Shown piece after piece: positions 7,803 through 17,669 of a stretch of DNA of 64,000 nucleotides. The notes under the pieces are model-generated. The model was not told the DNA's origin, did not search any database, and saw only the letters and a program-made list of their open reading frames with translations. Origin of the DNA: Desulfobacterales bacterium (GTDB lineage: Bacteria; Desulfobacterota; Desulfobacteria; Desulfobacterales; UBA11574). A program made the position numbers and the translations under genes. Location of the stretch: positions 332 to 64,331 of the forward strand of contig DATKWE010000023.1 of the NCBI GenBank assembly GCA_035529735.1. The letters run 5' to 3'. Position 1 is the stretch's first letter. Every line of letters begins with the position of its first letter.

Positions 7803-10428
7803 TGGTTTTGGCCTTTTCCTGAAGTTCGTTCAGATAATTTAAAGCATCCAGAGGTGTCATTTTCGAAATGTCCAGTTTTTGAAGTTTCTCAATGATAAAA
7901 TGATCCATTTTTGAAAAAAGATTGAGCTGCACATGTCCTTTTTTCGAAAGATCTGCGCCATCACAAAGGCCGGGCAGCGCTTTCAAGCCATGTTCATCAT
8001 TTTCAATATTGTACAGGATCTTTTTCGCCCGCTGGATCACGGTATTTGGAACACCCGCCAGCCGAGCGACTTGTATCCCATAACTCCTATTGGTGCCCCC
8101 CTCCACCAGTTTTCGCAAGAAAATGATTTCATCATTCCATTCCTTGACCGCAATGTTGTAATTTTTGATCCGATCCTTCAAACGTGCCAGTTCCGTTAAT
8201 TCATGATAATGCGTCGCAAAAAGGGTTTTAACGCCGCCGGCCTTTAAATCATGGAGGTATTCCGCAACCGCCCACGCAATACTGAGGCCGTCGAAGGTAC
8301 TGGTTCCTCGCCCGATCTCATCCATAATAACGAGGCTCTGGGACGTTGCGCTGTTTAAAATATTTGCGGTTTCTTGCATTTCCACCATAAATGTGCTCTG
8401 GCCTTGGGAGAGGTTGTCCAGAGCCCCGACACGTGTAAATATTCTGTCGGTAGTACCGATGGAAGCCCTGGCGGCAGGAATAAAAGAGCCCATCTGGGCC
8501 ATAAGGACCATGAGGGCCACCTGGCGCAGCACCGTCGATTTGCCCGCCATATTGGGTCCGGTAATGATGAGTATCTGATTTTCTGTATTGTCCATCCGGA
8601 TCGTATTCGGCACGAAACGCTCACCGGTAATCATTTTCTCCACCACCGGGTGTCGGCCGTCTTCTATCTGAATGAAGCCCTCGGTATTAAATTCCGGCCT
8701 GCGGTAATCGTTTTGATCGGCGATCTCAGCCAGATTCAACAGGCAGTCGAGTCTGGCCAAAAAATACGCCACCTCTTGAATGGCCGTGTTGTGGTTGACA
8801 ACCGCATCTTTAATCTCGTTGAATACTTGGTATTCAAGGGCAGCCCTTTGGTCTTCTGCACCCAGGACCTTTACTTCAAAATTTTTCAGTTCGTCCGTGA
8901 TGTAACGCTCTGCATTGACCAGCGTCTGTTTACCCACATAATGCACAGGAACCGCTTTCGAACGCGTTTTCGGCACTTCGATAAAATAACCGAAAACCTT
9001 ATTGTACCTTACTTTAAGGGTGTTTATCCCGGTGGCTTCTTTTTCCCTGGCCTCGAGCTCGGCCAACCATTTTTTCCCGTCCCGACTGATTAAAATCAGC
9101 TCATCCAGTTGAGCGTTGAAGCCGGTTTTGATAATACCGCCTTCATTGATGGTCGGGGGTGCATCTTCGCGGATGGCTTTTTCAATCAGGGCGGCCAACT
9201 CGCTGAGGCCGTCGATATTTTGACGGGAGTTGAAAAGGGCGGCTTTAAATTTCGAAAGCAAGGTCCATATATCCGGAAGGCTGTTCAAGGAACGCTTCAG
9301 CGCAACAAGATCTCTGGCATTTGAATGCCCCATGGCGATCTTACTTCCGAGACGTTCCAGATCATAAACCGATTTCAAGTGATCTCTGATGTCCCGCCGG
9401 ACCTGTATATCGTCCTTTGTTTCTTCTACTGCATCCTGCCGAAGCCGTATCTCGGATATATCCATCAACGGATATCTGATCCACCGCTTCAGGAGCCTCC
9501 CCCCCATCGCCGTAACCGTCCGATCCATGACGCCGATGAGGGTCCCCTGTCTGGAACCTGTACGGATATTTTTTATAATTTCAAGGTTGCGGAAACTAAT
9601 TTCGTCGATAACAAGGGAATTGCCCAGGGAATATGTTTCGATTTTTGATAAATGTTCGATCTTTTGTTTCTGGGTCTCCCTTATGTAAAAAACGAGCGCG
9701 CCTGCGGCGCGAATACCGGCTTTTAAATGTTCACAGCCGAACCCTTCAAGGGAAAGGGTTTTGAATTGATCCATCAGCCGTTCACGTCCCCCGCTGTATT
9801 CAAATGCTCTGTCGGGTATAAAAGTAATGGGTCTGTCCGACAACGCGCTGATAATCGCTGAAAAAAACCGGTCGCTTTTTGATGACTCCGGAAGAAGAAC
9901 TTCACTGGGTGAGATCCGAAGGGCCTCATCCACCACTGCATCCAAATCTGAAGATTCAGACACACGAAAGGATCCGGTTGAAATATCCAGATAGCTGAGC
10001 CCCACAGTATTTTTTTCACAGGCGACGGCGAGGACATAATTGTCTGATTTTTCATCCAACAATTCATTGTCAAGGATCATTCCCGGAGTGATGACACGAA
10101 CAACATCCCTTTTTACCAGACCTTTTGCCAGGGCAGGGTCTTCGATTTGGTCGCATATTGCGACTTTGTAACCTTGGTTGATCAGGCGGGCGATATATCC
10201 CTGTACGGCGCGATACGGCACACCGCACATGGGAATGGGGAATTTATCTTTCTTGTTTCTGGAGGTTAAAGTGATTTCTAGGATCCGGGAGGCAACTTCG
10301 GCATCTTCAAAGAACATTTCATAAAAATCTCCCATCCTGTAAAAAAGTATCGCATCGGCATATCTTTCCTTGATGGACAGATACTGTTTTATCATGGGGG
10401 TTGTTTTCGAAAGATGCATACGACTCAA
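7792..10428 (-). CDS. mutS: DNA mismatch repair protein MutS
   Basis: 878 aa with TPMIKQYL, GDFYEMFFEDA, Walker A GPNMAGKST and DEIGRGTSTFDG. Confidence 0.95.
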   Translation of the reverse strand: MSRMHLSKTTPMIKQYLSIKERYADAILFYRMGDFYEMFFEDAEVASRILEITLTSRNKKDKFPIPMCGVPYRAVQGYIARLINQGYKVAICDQIEDPALAKGLVKRDVVRVITPGMILDNELLDEKSDNYVLAVACEKNTVGLSYLDISTGSFRVSESSDLDAVVDEALRISPSEVLLPESSKSDRFFSAIISALSDRPITFIPDRAFEYSGGRERLMDQFKTLSLEGFGCEHLKAGIRAAGALVFYIRETQKQKIEHLSKIETYSLGNSLVIDEISFRNLEIIKNIRTGSRQGTLIGVMDRTVTAMGGRLLKRWIRYPLMDISEIRLRQDAVEETKDDIQVRRDIRDHLKSVYDLERLGSKIAMGHSNARDLVALKRSLNSLPDIWTLLSKFKAALFNSRQNIDGLSELAALIEKAIREDAPPTINEGGIIKTGFNAQLDELILISRDGKKWLAELEAREKEATGINTLKVRYNKVFGYFIEVPKTRSKAVPVHYVGKQTLVNAERYITDELKNFEVKVLGAEDQRAALEYQVFNEIKDAVVNHNTAIQEVAYFLARLDCLLNLAEIADQNDYRRPEFNTEGFIQIEDGRHPVVEKMITGERFVPNTIRMDNTENQILIITGPNMAGKSTVLRQVALMVLMAQMGSFIPAARASIGTTDRIFTRVGALDNLSQGQSTFMVEMQETANILNSATSQSLVIMDEIGRGTSTFDGLSIAWAVAEYLHDLKAGGVKTLFATHYHELTELARLKDRIKNYNIAVKEWNDEIIFLRKLVEGGTNRSYGIQVARLAGVPNTVIQRAKKILYNIENDEHGLKALPGLCDGADLSKKGHVQLNLFSKMDHFIIEKLQKLDISKMTPLDALNYLNELQEKAKTIVS

Positions 10429-10637
10429 ACGATCATGAAACTTGGGAAGCTGCCATGGATGTTATTCAGTGATTTCCAGGTCTACCGGTTTTTGCCGCCC
10501 GGAAGAAAAAATAATACATATATCCTTTGTGTCTGGGTGCCTTTGGGGCAAATATTTTTGATTTTCTCCGAACTGTCGGCGCTCATCGCCGGAGGCCGAA
10601 TGGTTTAATTTGGGTTTTTTAAAGGCTGACCCGCGTG

Positions 10638-11012
10638 TTATGACGTGCTCACCGCATCCTGTTCCTCGGGCGGTTTAGAATAGCCGTAAGCCGTTCCCTT
10701 TAAGGATTCCATCTCTTTTTTAAGGTCCGATATTTCTTTCAGCTGATCGGTGGCTGCTGTATTTAACGTTTTGATCTTTTTCTTTGATTTAAACCGGTCA
10801 AAAAGGCTGGTAAAATAGGCGATCAGGAACCCGACAAGAAAGAAAATAAGAAAAAAGAATAAATTCGGCAGTTCCTTTAGATGATAGGGTTCACCCACCA
10901 GGAGATCGATTTTAAAGCCTTGTTTGGCCATGAAATAATCTTTATTCGAAAGAAAAATAATTGCGAAAAAACCGACAATAATGACTCCGAGAGCGATCTT
11001 AAATTTTTTCAT
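10638..11012 (-). CDS. Small two-TM membrane protein with a C-terminal coiled coil (LapA-domain-like, tentative)
   Basis: 124 aa with two hydrophobic helices followed by a K/E-rich helix. Confidence 0.5.
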   Translation of the reverse strand: MKKFKIALGVIIVGFFAIIFLSNKDYFMAKQGFKIDLLVGEPYHLKELPNLFFFLIFFLVGFLIAYFTSLFDRFKSKKKIKTLNTAATDQLKEISDLKKEMESLKGTAYGYSKPPEEQDAVSTS

Positions 11013-11034
11013 TTTTTCTCCTTTATTTTCAGCC

Positions 11035-11514
11035 CTATATGTCTATTTTATCAAAGTATGGCTTTAAATTGTTGTAAGTGGTCAATAAATGTTCCGGGAT
11101 TACCCGGACATCGGAAAAAACCGTGAGTGCATTGGTATCGCCGAACCACCGGGGAACCACATGAAAATGAAGATGTTCCTCAACACCGGCACCGGCTACT
11201 TTTCCCAAGTTAAGTCCCACATTAAAACCGTCTGGGTTCATTGCGCTTTTCAGAACCCCTACGGATTTTTCAACGGTTTCCAGCAGCGTGCCCATTTCCC
11301 CTTTACTCAGCTGGTCCAGGGTGGATATATGTCGAATTGGAGACACCAGAAGATGACCGTTGATGTAAGGAAATTTATTCATGACCACTATGGTTTCCTT
11401 CCCCCTATAGAGAGTCAGATTATCCTCATTTGAAAGCGCCTTGCAAAGAATACAGCCTTCGTCCTTCTCGGCCAGAATATATTCAATACGCCACGGAGCC
11501 CACATGGTTTTCAT
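11035..11514 (-). CDS. HIT-family nucleotide hydrolase/transferase
   Basis: Histidine triad HLHFHVVPR; 159 aa. Confidence 0.85.
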   Translation of the reverse strand: MKTMWAPWRIEYILAEKDEGCILCKALSNEDNLTLYRGKETIVVMNKFPYINGHLLVSPIRHISTLDQLSKGEMGTLLETVEKSVGVLKSAMNPDGFNVGLNLGKVAGAGVEEHLHFHVVPRWFGDTNALTVFSDVRVIPEHLLTTYNNLKPYFDKIDI

Positions 11515-11673
11515 TTCATATACACCTTGATCAGCCCGGATATTTTATAATGTATTTGTAAAAAGTGGGATATATTTTTCAATCGGCAATTTTTGACAGG
11601 CATTCCCGACATTCATTTTATCTACCCTTTTTAATTCTAAAACTCAACCCTTTTCTACCCCCCGACATTGCAT

Positions 11674-11717
11674 AAAAAACAGCCCTTGGATGTATTAAAA
11701 CTTTGTATTTAAGGGCT
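11674..11717 (-). terminator. Intrinsic terminator after the UPF0280-like gene
   Basis: Minus-strand AGCCCUU...AAGGGCU (7 bp) followed by GUUUUUUAUG. Confidence 0.55.
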
Positions 11718-11772
11718 TCAGGTGGTCTTAGCGGTTTTTGTAAAATTCTGCGGCATCTTCGACGATTCAATA

Positions 11773-12546
11773 TTAGGGCAGATTCAGGGAAACGACGTCC
11801 AGATCACCCCACATCCCGACCGCTTCACCGATGATCACAACGATTCCATTAACGCCGTCTATCTTCTTGCCGAAATCAATGGCAGACGCTATATAATCCT
11901 TGGATTTTAAGCGATTACCGATGGACGTTGCCGCGGCATCCGCAAGGGGGCAGGAATCGGATACCACGCAGATCGCATCCGCCTTTCCCAAACTTAGCGA
12001 ATGACCGACCGTACCCGATGACGTGCATACGGCTGCAGGTTTTTCTTTGGATTTGATACAGAGGCCCATGCGCATGCTCAAGGGAGATGTGCCTGCAAAA
12101 ATGCCCATGGTCACTGGATCGTCGGTCTTTAAAAAGATATCCCCCCCGTTTTCCACCACCACTTCATCGGTATATTTCAACAGATCGACACCCACATGTT
12201 CGGCAATTGCGCCGGCCACCGCCGCCATGGGGCCGACGCCGGCCTTTTGACCAGCAAACACCATGTCCTGAATGATGATCGGCGCCGGGCCATGAACACG
12301 CCACGGCTTCAGGGTATCAAGGAATTCAGGATGCTTTTTTATATACTTCTCGATGTATCCCCGATGCGTTAGAATCAGTTCCCGGGTGATATCCTCAAGC
12401 GGTTTTAACGCCTGTACATACAGGTCTGTTTCTTGGACGGCCACCCTGAAAGCGACCCGGTCTTTACTGGACAGCAGATTCCGGTAATATCTTTTTTGGT
12501 ATTCACGCGTTGTGTGTTCCGGATTTCGCACAGTGGGTTTTTTCAT
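11773..12546 (-). CDS. UPF0280/ApbE-like family protein (tentative)
   Basis: 257 aa. GVGPMAAVAGAIAEHVG and TSSGTVGHSLSLGKADA resemble the UPF0280 family as I recall it. Confidence 0.65.
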   Translation of the reverse strand: MKKPTVRNPEHTTREYQKRYYRNLLSSKDRVAFRVAVQETDLYVQALKPLEDITRELILTHRGYIEKYIKKHPEFLDTLKPWRVHGPAPIIIQDMVFAGQKAGVGPMAAVAGAIAEHVGVDLLKYTDEVVVENGGDIFLKTDDPVTMGIFAGTSPLSMRMGLCIKSKEKPAAVCTSSGTVGHSLSLGKADAICVVSDSCPLADAAATSIGNRLKSKDYIASAIDFGKKIDGVNGIVVIIGEAVGMWGDLDVVSLNLP

Positions 12547-12589
12547 GGGTGTTTTTTAATTCCAGATATTTTTACATGAAATATTCAGG

Positions 12590-13759
12590 TTAGTAAAACC
12601 TGATTTCAGGCCGCATATCTTCCGGACACTGTCTTAAAAAATACTGATCCGTCATTCCGGCAATAAAATCCCTTACGATTTCCTCTGTTTGATAATTATC
12701 CAGGTAATCTTCTGACATATTCTCCAAAAATCCGGTAAATATCACCGATGACCGATTTTCGGTTTCAATATCTTCAAAATAGGTTTCAAACAGCATCTTA
12801 AACAGTTTTTTTATGGTTCCCGAATGTTTTTTTATTTTTGGATTCATATAAATATGCTCAAGGTTGAATTCCTTCAATCGCTTTAAAACATCGGACACTT
12901 CCCGGCTGAACGCGATAAACCCGTTTTGAAAGCTGTTGTTGATAATATCGGTCACAAGGTTATACACGATGGTTCCGTTGGTATTTCCGAGGATATCCAC
13001 ACTCTCCTTGGGGAGATCGGACCGTTTGATCATATTGAGCCGGATGGCATCCTCTATGTCACGCCCGATGTAGGCGATGGTATCTGCCATACGGACCACA
13101 CATCCTTCCATGGTCATTGGGATGAGTTTGGTCGATGGATCGGATTTTTTAACAGACATTTCTCTTTCGAGTGTCTCAAATGTTTTTTCCCGATCCGGCT
13201 TGAGCGCTTGATTATGAATTTCACCGTCATGGCACAGTATTCCGTCGAGTGTCTGAAGGCACAGATTCCATCCCCGGCCCTTGCGCTCCACCCGGTCTAA
13301 AAACTGTACGCTCTGGACATTGTGCTCAAAATAACCGATACCGTTGGATTTGCAAAGTTCGGATAAAAATCTTTCGCCGTCATGGCCGAATGGTGTATGG
13401 CCGATATCATGTCCCAGCGCAATGGCTTCGATGAGATCTTCGTTGAACCCCAGGTATCGGCCGATGCTCCTTGAAATTTTCGACACCAGCTGGACGTGGA
13501 GAACACGATGGGTAATATGATCATGGCGAATCAGATAAAAGACCTGGGTTTTGTCGATATATCTCGTGTACGCCCGGGAATGCAGTATCCGATCGGCATC
13601 CACCGAGAATGTCTGGCGGTATCCTTCCGCAAGACGCTCATCATGGGATCGCCGGACCCCTGTTGAACTCAAGGTGGCCAGGGGAGACAATATTTCACTT
13701 TCTCGTTGTGTCATAGCCCTGCTGATCATGTTTAGATTTTTGTTTTTAAATTTTTCCAT
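12590..13759 (-). CDS. HD-domain dNTP triphosphohydrolase-like protein (dGTPase family)
   Basis: HSRAYTR, THRVLHVQLVS, LGHDIGHTPFGHDGE and the C-terminal DFIAGMTDQY motif. Confidence 0.85.
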   Translation of the reverse strand: MEKFKNKNLNMISRAMTQRESEILSPLATLSSTGVRRSHDERLAEGYRQTFSVDADRILHSRAYTRYIDKTQVFYLIRHDHITHRVLHVQLVSKISRSIGRYLGFNEDLIEAIALGHDIGHTPFGHDGERFLSELCKSNGIGYFEHNVQSVQFLDRVERKGRGWNLCLQTLDGILCHDGEIHNQALKPDREKTFETLEREMSVKKSDPSTKLIPMTMEGCVVRMADTIAYIGRDIEDAIRLNMIKRSDLPKESVDILGNTNGTIVYNLVTDIINNSFQNGFIAFSREVSDVLKRLKEFNLEHIYMNPKIKKHSGTIKKLFKMLFETYFEDIETENRSSVIFTGFLENMSEDYLDNYQTEEIVRDFIAGMTDQYFLRQCPEDMRPEIRFY

Positions 13760-14537
13760 CTTCGATCATTCTCTCCATAAGTCTCAGGTAATCTATCCCC
13801 GCCCTTCTGAATCCTGCTTTGCCATACTTCATATTGGCTTCAAGAACATAGAGTCGGCCCTCATTTTCGATGATATCGATACCGACATCGTCCCACTGAC
13901 ATCTTCGGGCGGTATACAGGGCAAGATCGAGAACGGATTGGGGTATGGGGTCCAGGCTAACGGTTCCACCCACAGCAAGATTGCTTCTAAATTCACCCGC
14001 TGGCGCTATTCGCCAGTAGGCATGTGCAATTTCGTCTCCGATTACGACCACCCGAACATCGCGGCCGGACGGTATAAACGCCTGAATATATGCCGGGGTG
14101 GGCAAGCTGCAATAACGATGAAGATCGTCCGGATTTTCGATAAGATACACTCCCCTTCCCATGGCCGATCCTCTGGGAATCTTGGCAATAAAAGGGAACT
14201 GGAAATGATTGCCGATCATGCCTTTTTGCCGTTTCCCATAAAACACCCTTGTTTTGGGATGGGGTATTTCAAGAAGATCAAACAGTGCCGTCTGCTTGAT
14301 CTTATCCTGAACACATTTGTAGGTGTGATAACTGGGAAACGTTTTTTTTCCCATGGCATCAAAAAGTTCTGCATAAAAGGTGGTCGGATAGTATATTTTT
14401 TGGGCCTTGCGGATCATTTCCGCCGCTTCAGGGCTGTAATCACTGAAATTCGGTCTTACTCCCAGCGTAATAACATTGTTACAGTCTTTAAGGCGGGCCT
14501 CTAAAGCGATGACTTTTTTAGAATTTCTCCGGGTCAT
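13746..14537 (-). CDS. RimK-like ATP-grasp ligase
   Basis: 263 aa with an ATP-grasp core (FPFIAKIPRGSAMGRGV, RVVVIGDE, YVLEANMKYG). It overlaps the HD gene by 14 nt. Confidence 0.8.
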   Translation of the reverse strand: MTRRNSKKVIALEARLKDCNNVITLGVRPNFSDYSPEAAEMIRKAQKIYYPTTFYAELFDAMGKKTFPSYHTYKCVQDKIKQTALFDLLEIPHPKTRVFYGKRQKGMIGNHFQFPFIAKIPRGSAMGRGVYLIENPDDLHRYCSLPTPAYIQAFIPSGRDVRVVVIGDEIAHAYWRIAPAGEFRSNLAVGGTVSLDPIPQSVLDLALYTARRCQWDDVGIDIIENEGRLYVLEANMKYGKAGFRRAGIDYLRLMERMIEDGKI

Positions 14538-15001
14538 TTAAACAGTCTTTTTATGATATCGCGGCTTCGTTGGGTATGACTCCCCGGCCAGTATATTCTT
14601 CCACATTGACTGCAAGAACGGAATGCGTCATGAGTTTCCCAGATATAGTCGGGCACCCTCTTGCGTATGGAATCTTTATCCACCTTCCGGATCATCGTAT
14701 TGCATCGGACGCATCGTGAAAACGGCCGTGCATCCTTCGGTGCGATGCCCAGTGTTCCGATGACCTCCCGAAGCTGTTCAAAGGGGTTGTCCGACGTTAT
14801 AAAGATAAGCTTTGGAGGTGTATTCCTGTCCCGAATTCGCGCGGTGCGAGTGAGCAAGATGCGCCCTGTTCCGATATCCATCAATTTTTCAGCTGAAAGA
14901 TCGGGTTTATAAAATGTGTCAAAGCCCAAAATGCGCAGCCATTTTGCCAACTTCCCCAGTGTATTCTCTACAGCAAAACGCATCTCATTTGCGCGGTCCA
15001 T
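14534..15001 (-). CDS. Mut7-C (PIN-like RNase + zinc-ribbon) domain protein
   Basis: LGKLAKWLRILGFD plus C-terminal CxxC...CxxC (CVRCN...CSQCG). A 4-nt ATGA overlap joins it to the ATP-grasp gene. Confidence 0.75.
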   Translation of the reverse strand: MDRANEMRFAVENTLGKLAKWLRILGFDTFYKPDLSAEKLMDIGTGRILLTRTARIRDRNTPPKLIFITSDNPFEQLREVIGTLGIAPKDARPFSRCVRCNTMIRKVDKDSIRKRVPDYIWETHDAFRSCSQCGRIYWPGSHTQRSRDIIKRLFK

Positions 15002-15005
15002 CTTC

Positions 15006-15025
15006 GTTTACGATCAATTAGGGTT
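15006..15025 (+). repeat. Copy a of the dispersed 20-mer GTTTACGATCAATTAGGGTT
   Basis: Exact match to 22851-22870. Confidence 0.9.
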
Positions 15026-15084
15026 ATATTTTCGAATATTATAAAGGCCGGATAAATTCTTCGTGAAAAATCCGGGCCAAAGCG

Positions 15085-15936
15085 CTATTCCGGCGGTGTC
15101 AAAACAAACACGGACGGAGAGACAGACGCGTCGGGCCAGTATCGGTCCACATCGAGCTGAAAACCCGAGCCATCGCTGTTTGAAATCAGCAATCGAGATG
15201 GAACCCGATACCCGTTTATCGCCCGCATTCCATCAAATTCAACCCGATATGCAAGGGTGCCGGTTGCGTCAAACATTTCGACCTTATGAACATTTTTTTT
15301 CTTTTCATCAAGGTATATCTTCTCGAGAATGTCCCCCCATTTTTTTTTTAGCACAAGAACATACCCGTTTTGACCCGAACCTTCACCGCCATTTCGGGTC
15401 GAAACCATATGACCTTCAGTGCTGTAAACTTGAGATCTATTGTCCGTTAAAACCGCAGAATCATATGAATGGATCGGAACACGGCCGGCCAAAATATCGA
15501 CCATATCTTCAGTTTTTACGGGAATTGTAAAAAGTCTTTTCATGGAAGAAGCTGTCGCAGGTTTTTTATAAAAATCACCACTGGAATGGGAAATAAGATA
15601 GAGCCATTGACCATCACTGGCAACACTGATCATGGGTTGTCCTGAAACGCTGCTTAAAGAGATCCGGATTCTGTCAGGCGCTGACGCGACCCATGCGATA
15701 CGGCCGGCAACGTCTTTTTTTTTGCTTCCCCTGAATTTGATGTTGCCCACACCTTTGAAGGTCTTGAGTTTAAGATTTTGATTCTTTAGCGTCGAAAGGG
15801 TCTTTTCCGCTTCGAGTGCAATAGGGTCCTTGGGTCTTTCGGAAACCCTTGGGGCAAGGATGGTGCAGGCTGATAAAAAAAAAGTGACGATAAAAAGAAT
15901 CGATGGAAGCTGGATGTATCGGGTCGTGCATTTCAT
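15085..15936 (-). CDS. Lipoprotein, LolB-like (tentative)
   Basis: Signal peptide with lipobox FFLSAC; beta-rich 283 aa; 4-nt overlap with the TPR gene. Confidence 0.55.
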   Translation of the reverse strand: MKCTTRYIQLPSILFIVTFFLSACTILAPRVSERPKDPIALEAEKTLSTLKNQNLKLKTFKGVGNIKFRGSKKKDVAGRIAWVASAPDRIRISLSSVSGQPMISVASDGQWLYLISHSSGDFYKKPATASSMKRLFTIPVKTEDMVDILAGRVPIHSYDSAVLTDNRSQVYSTEGHMVSTRNGGEGSGQNGYVLVLKKKWGDILEKIYLDEKKKNVHKVEMFDATGTLAYRVEFDGMRAINGYRVPSRLLISNSDGSGFQLDVDRYWPDASVSPSVFVLTPPE

Positions 15937-17651
15937 TTTCCGGTTAATTCCTGGATCTTTTTTTCTAGATTCTCCTTGTCTTTATTTTTGTTCAACAACG
16001 AACGTTTGTAGAATTCCAGCGCTTTTTCCTTATGGCTTATTTCAAGGTATGCATCTCCCATATGTTCGAGGATAATCGGATCATCGGGAACCAGGCTGAC
16101 AGCCTTCTCCAAATACTTCACCGCTTTCTCGAAAAATCCTTTTTTAAAATATACCCAGCCCAGGCTGTCGGTAATATACCCGTCATCCGGTTTTTCTTCT
16201 AATGCCGCTTTAATAAGACGTTCAGCCTCATCCAGTTTTTCTCCAAGATCTGCATAGGTATAACCGAGATAGTTCAATGCATTGGCGTCCTTCGGATCCA
16301 GCCTGATCACCGTTTCCATCGCTTTGATTGAATCCGCTTTCCGACCCCATTTATCATATACAACACCCAGACGAAAATAAAATCGGGTATTGTCAGGCTC
16401 CATTTCAAGTCCCTGTTTAAGAACATTTTCGGCTTTTGAAAATTCTTCGTTTTCTTCATAAAGGGAACCCAGATAAAGCAACAGCTCCGGATTGTCGGGG
16501 GCTATTTTAATGACACTGTTTAAATAATCGATGGCGTGTTCAGTTTTTTTCTGTTCCTGGTATAAAAATGCAATACGAACCGCGGCTTCCTGATAAAAGT
16601 TGGAATCCGGGGTCACTTTTTTAAAATGCTCGATGGCCTTGTCCCAATTTTTTTTCCCATCCAGTGCAACACCGGCCACATAATGAAGATCCGAGCTGTC
16701 CGGAGAACCCTTTAACATGCCTTCAAGAATGACCGCTGCCGCCCCATATTTCTTGGGTTCCAAATAGTTCTGAACAACCGTTCTGATCACTTCCTTTTCA
16801 GTGTCGCTTCTGGCTCCCAGATCCTTAAAAATTTCTTTTGCATGGGACAACCGCCCCTTCTGGTGGTAATAATACCCCAATTCCATAGCCGCTCTTATAT
16901 TTCGTGGATCTTTTTCTATAATTTCCTGGTACAGCCGTATAATTTCTCGGTCTTTGCCCATTGTTTTATACAGATCCAGCAGTTCAAAACGCGGCTCCTC
17001 AAGATCGGAATTTAATTCTATGGTTTGTCTGAATTCTTTTTCCGCCCTTTTCAGGTTCCCTTGGGCGGCATAAATTTTTCCAATGAAGAAATGTCCCGCA
17101 TAGGATCCCGGAAAGTTCTGGACAAGTTGTTGGTAGATCCTTAATGCTTCATCCAGTTTGTTTTCCTGCATATACAGGCCACCCAAAAGTAAATAGACAT
17201 CCTTCTGTTTCGGATCCAGGGAAATCACTTTTTTATACGCTTTTTCAGCAGGATCAATCTGTTTAAGCGCCTGATTCAACCTTCCGGATATGACCAGCGC
17301 ACGAACGTTGTCGGGATCTTTTGCAATCACCGTTTCGACAGTTTTGAGAGCGTTTTCATTGTCCTTGAGCCGAAGATACAAGAGTGCCAACTCTAATTGC
17401 AAATAGGATGATTCAGGGTCTTCCTGAATCGCTCTGTTCAGATAGTCAATCGCCTTGTCCAGGTTGCCTTTTTTTTGCTGAACCTGTGCCTCTGTGAAGT
17501 AATAATAGGGGCTTTCATGTTCAACGGGATCTATCGCCGCCTCGCCTTGATCTTGATCGAAGGTTTCTGCGGGCTTCATATAATGCATACAACCGGATAA
17601 AATTAAAATGACCATACCAACGATGGTCAATTTTAAAAAACTGTCCTTCAT
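15933..17651 (-). CDS. TPR-repeat lipoprotein
   Basis: Lipobox ILSGC and many 34-aa TPR units (AxxxYxxAL..P). Confidence 0.85.
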   Translation of the reverse strand: MKDSFLKLTIVGMVILILSGCMHYMKPAETFDQDQGEAAIDPVEHESPYYYFTEAQVQQKKGNLDKAIDYLNRAIQEDPESSYLQLELALLYLRLKDNENALKTVETVIAKDPDNVRALVISGRLNQALKQIDPAEKAYKKVISLDPKQKDVYLLLGGLYMQENKLDEALRIYQQLVQNFPGSYAGHFFIGKIYAAQGNLKRAEKEFRQTIELNSDLEEPRFELLDLYKTMGKDREIIRLYQEIIEKDPRNIRAAMELGYYYHQKGRLSHAKEIFKDLGARSDTEKEVIRTVVQNYLEPKKYGAAAVILEGMLKGSPDSSDLHYVAGVALDGKKNWDKAIEHFKKVTPDSNFYQEAAVRIAFLYQEQKKTEHAIDYLNSVIKIAPDNPELLLYLGSLYEENEEFSKAENVLKQGLEMEPDNTRFYFRLGVVYDKWGRKADSIKAMETVIRLDPKDANALNYLGYTYADLGEKLDEAERLIKAALEEKPDDGYITDSLGWVYFKKGFFEKAVKYLEKAVSLVPDDPIILEHMGDAYLEISHKEKALEFYKRSLLNKNKDKENLEKKIQELTGK

Positions 17652-17669
17652 TTTTTTTATACTTCCTCT

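Noticed and set aside
13551-14504. 317-aa plus-strand ORF, the longest unexplained ORF in the track.
   Set aside because: It lies entirely antisense to the well-supported HD and ATP-grasp genes and has no recognisable motifs. It is a shadow ORF. The same reasoning applies to 8374-9093, 28393-29100, 33370-34008, 40163-40669, 50032-50508, 56360-57058 and other antisense entries.
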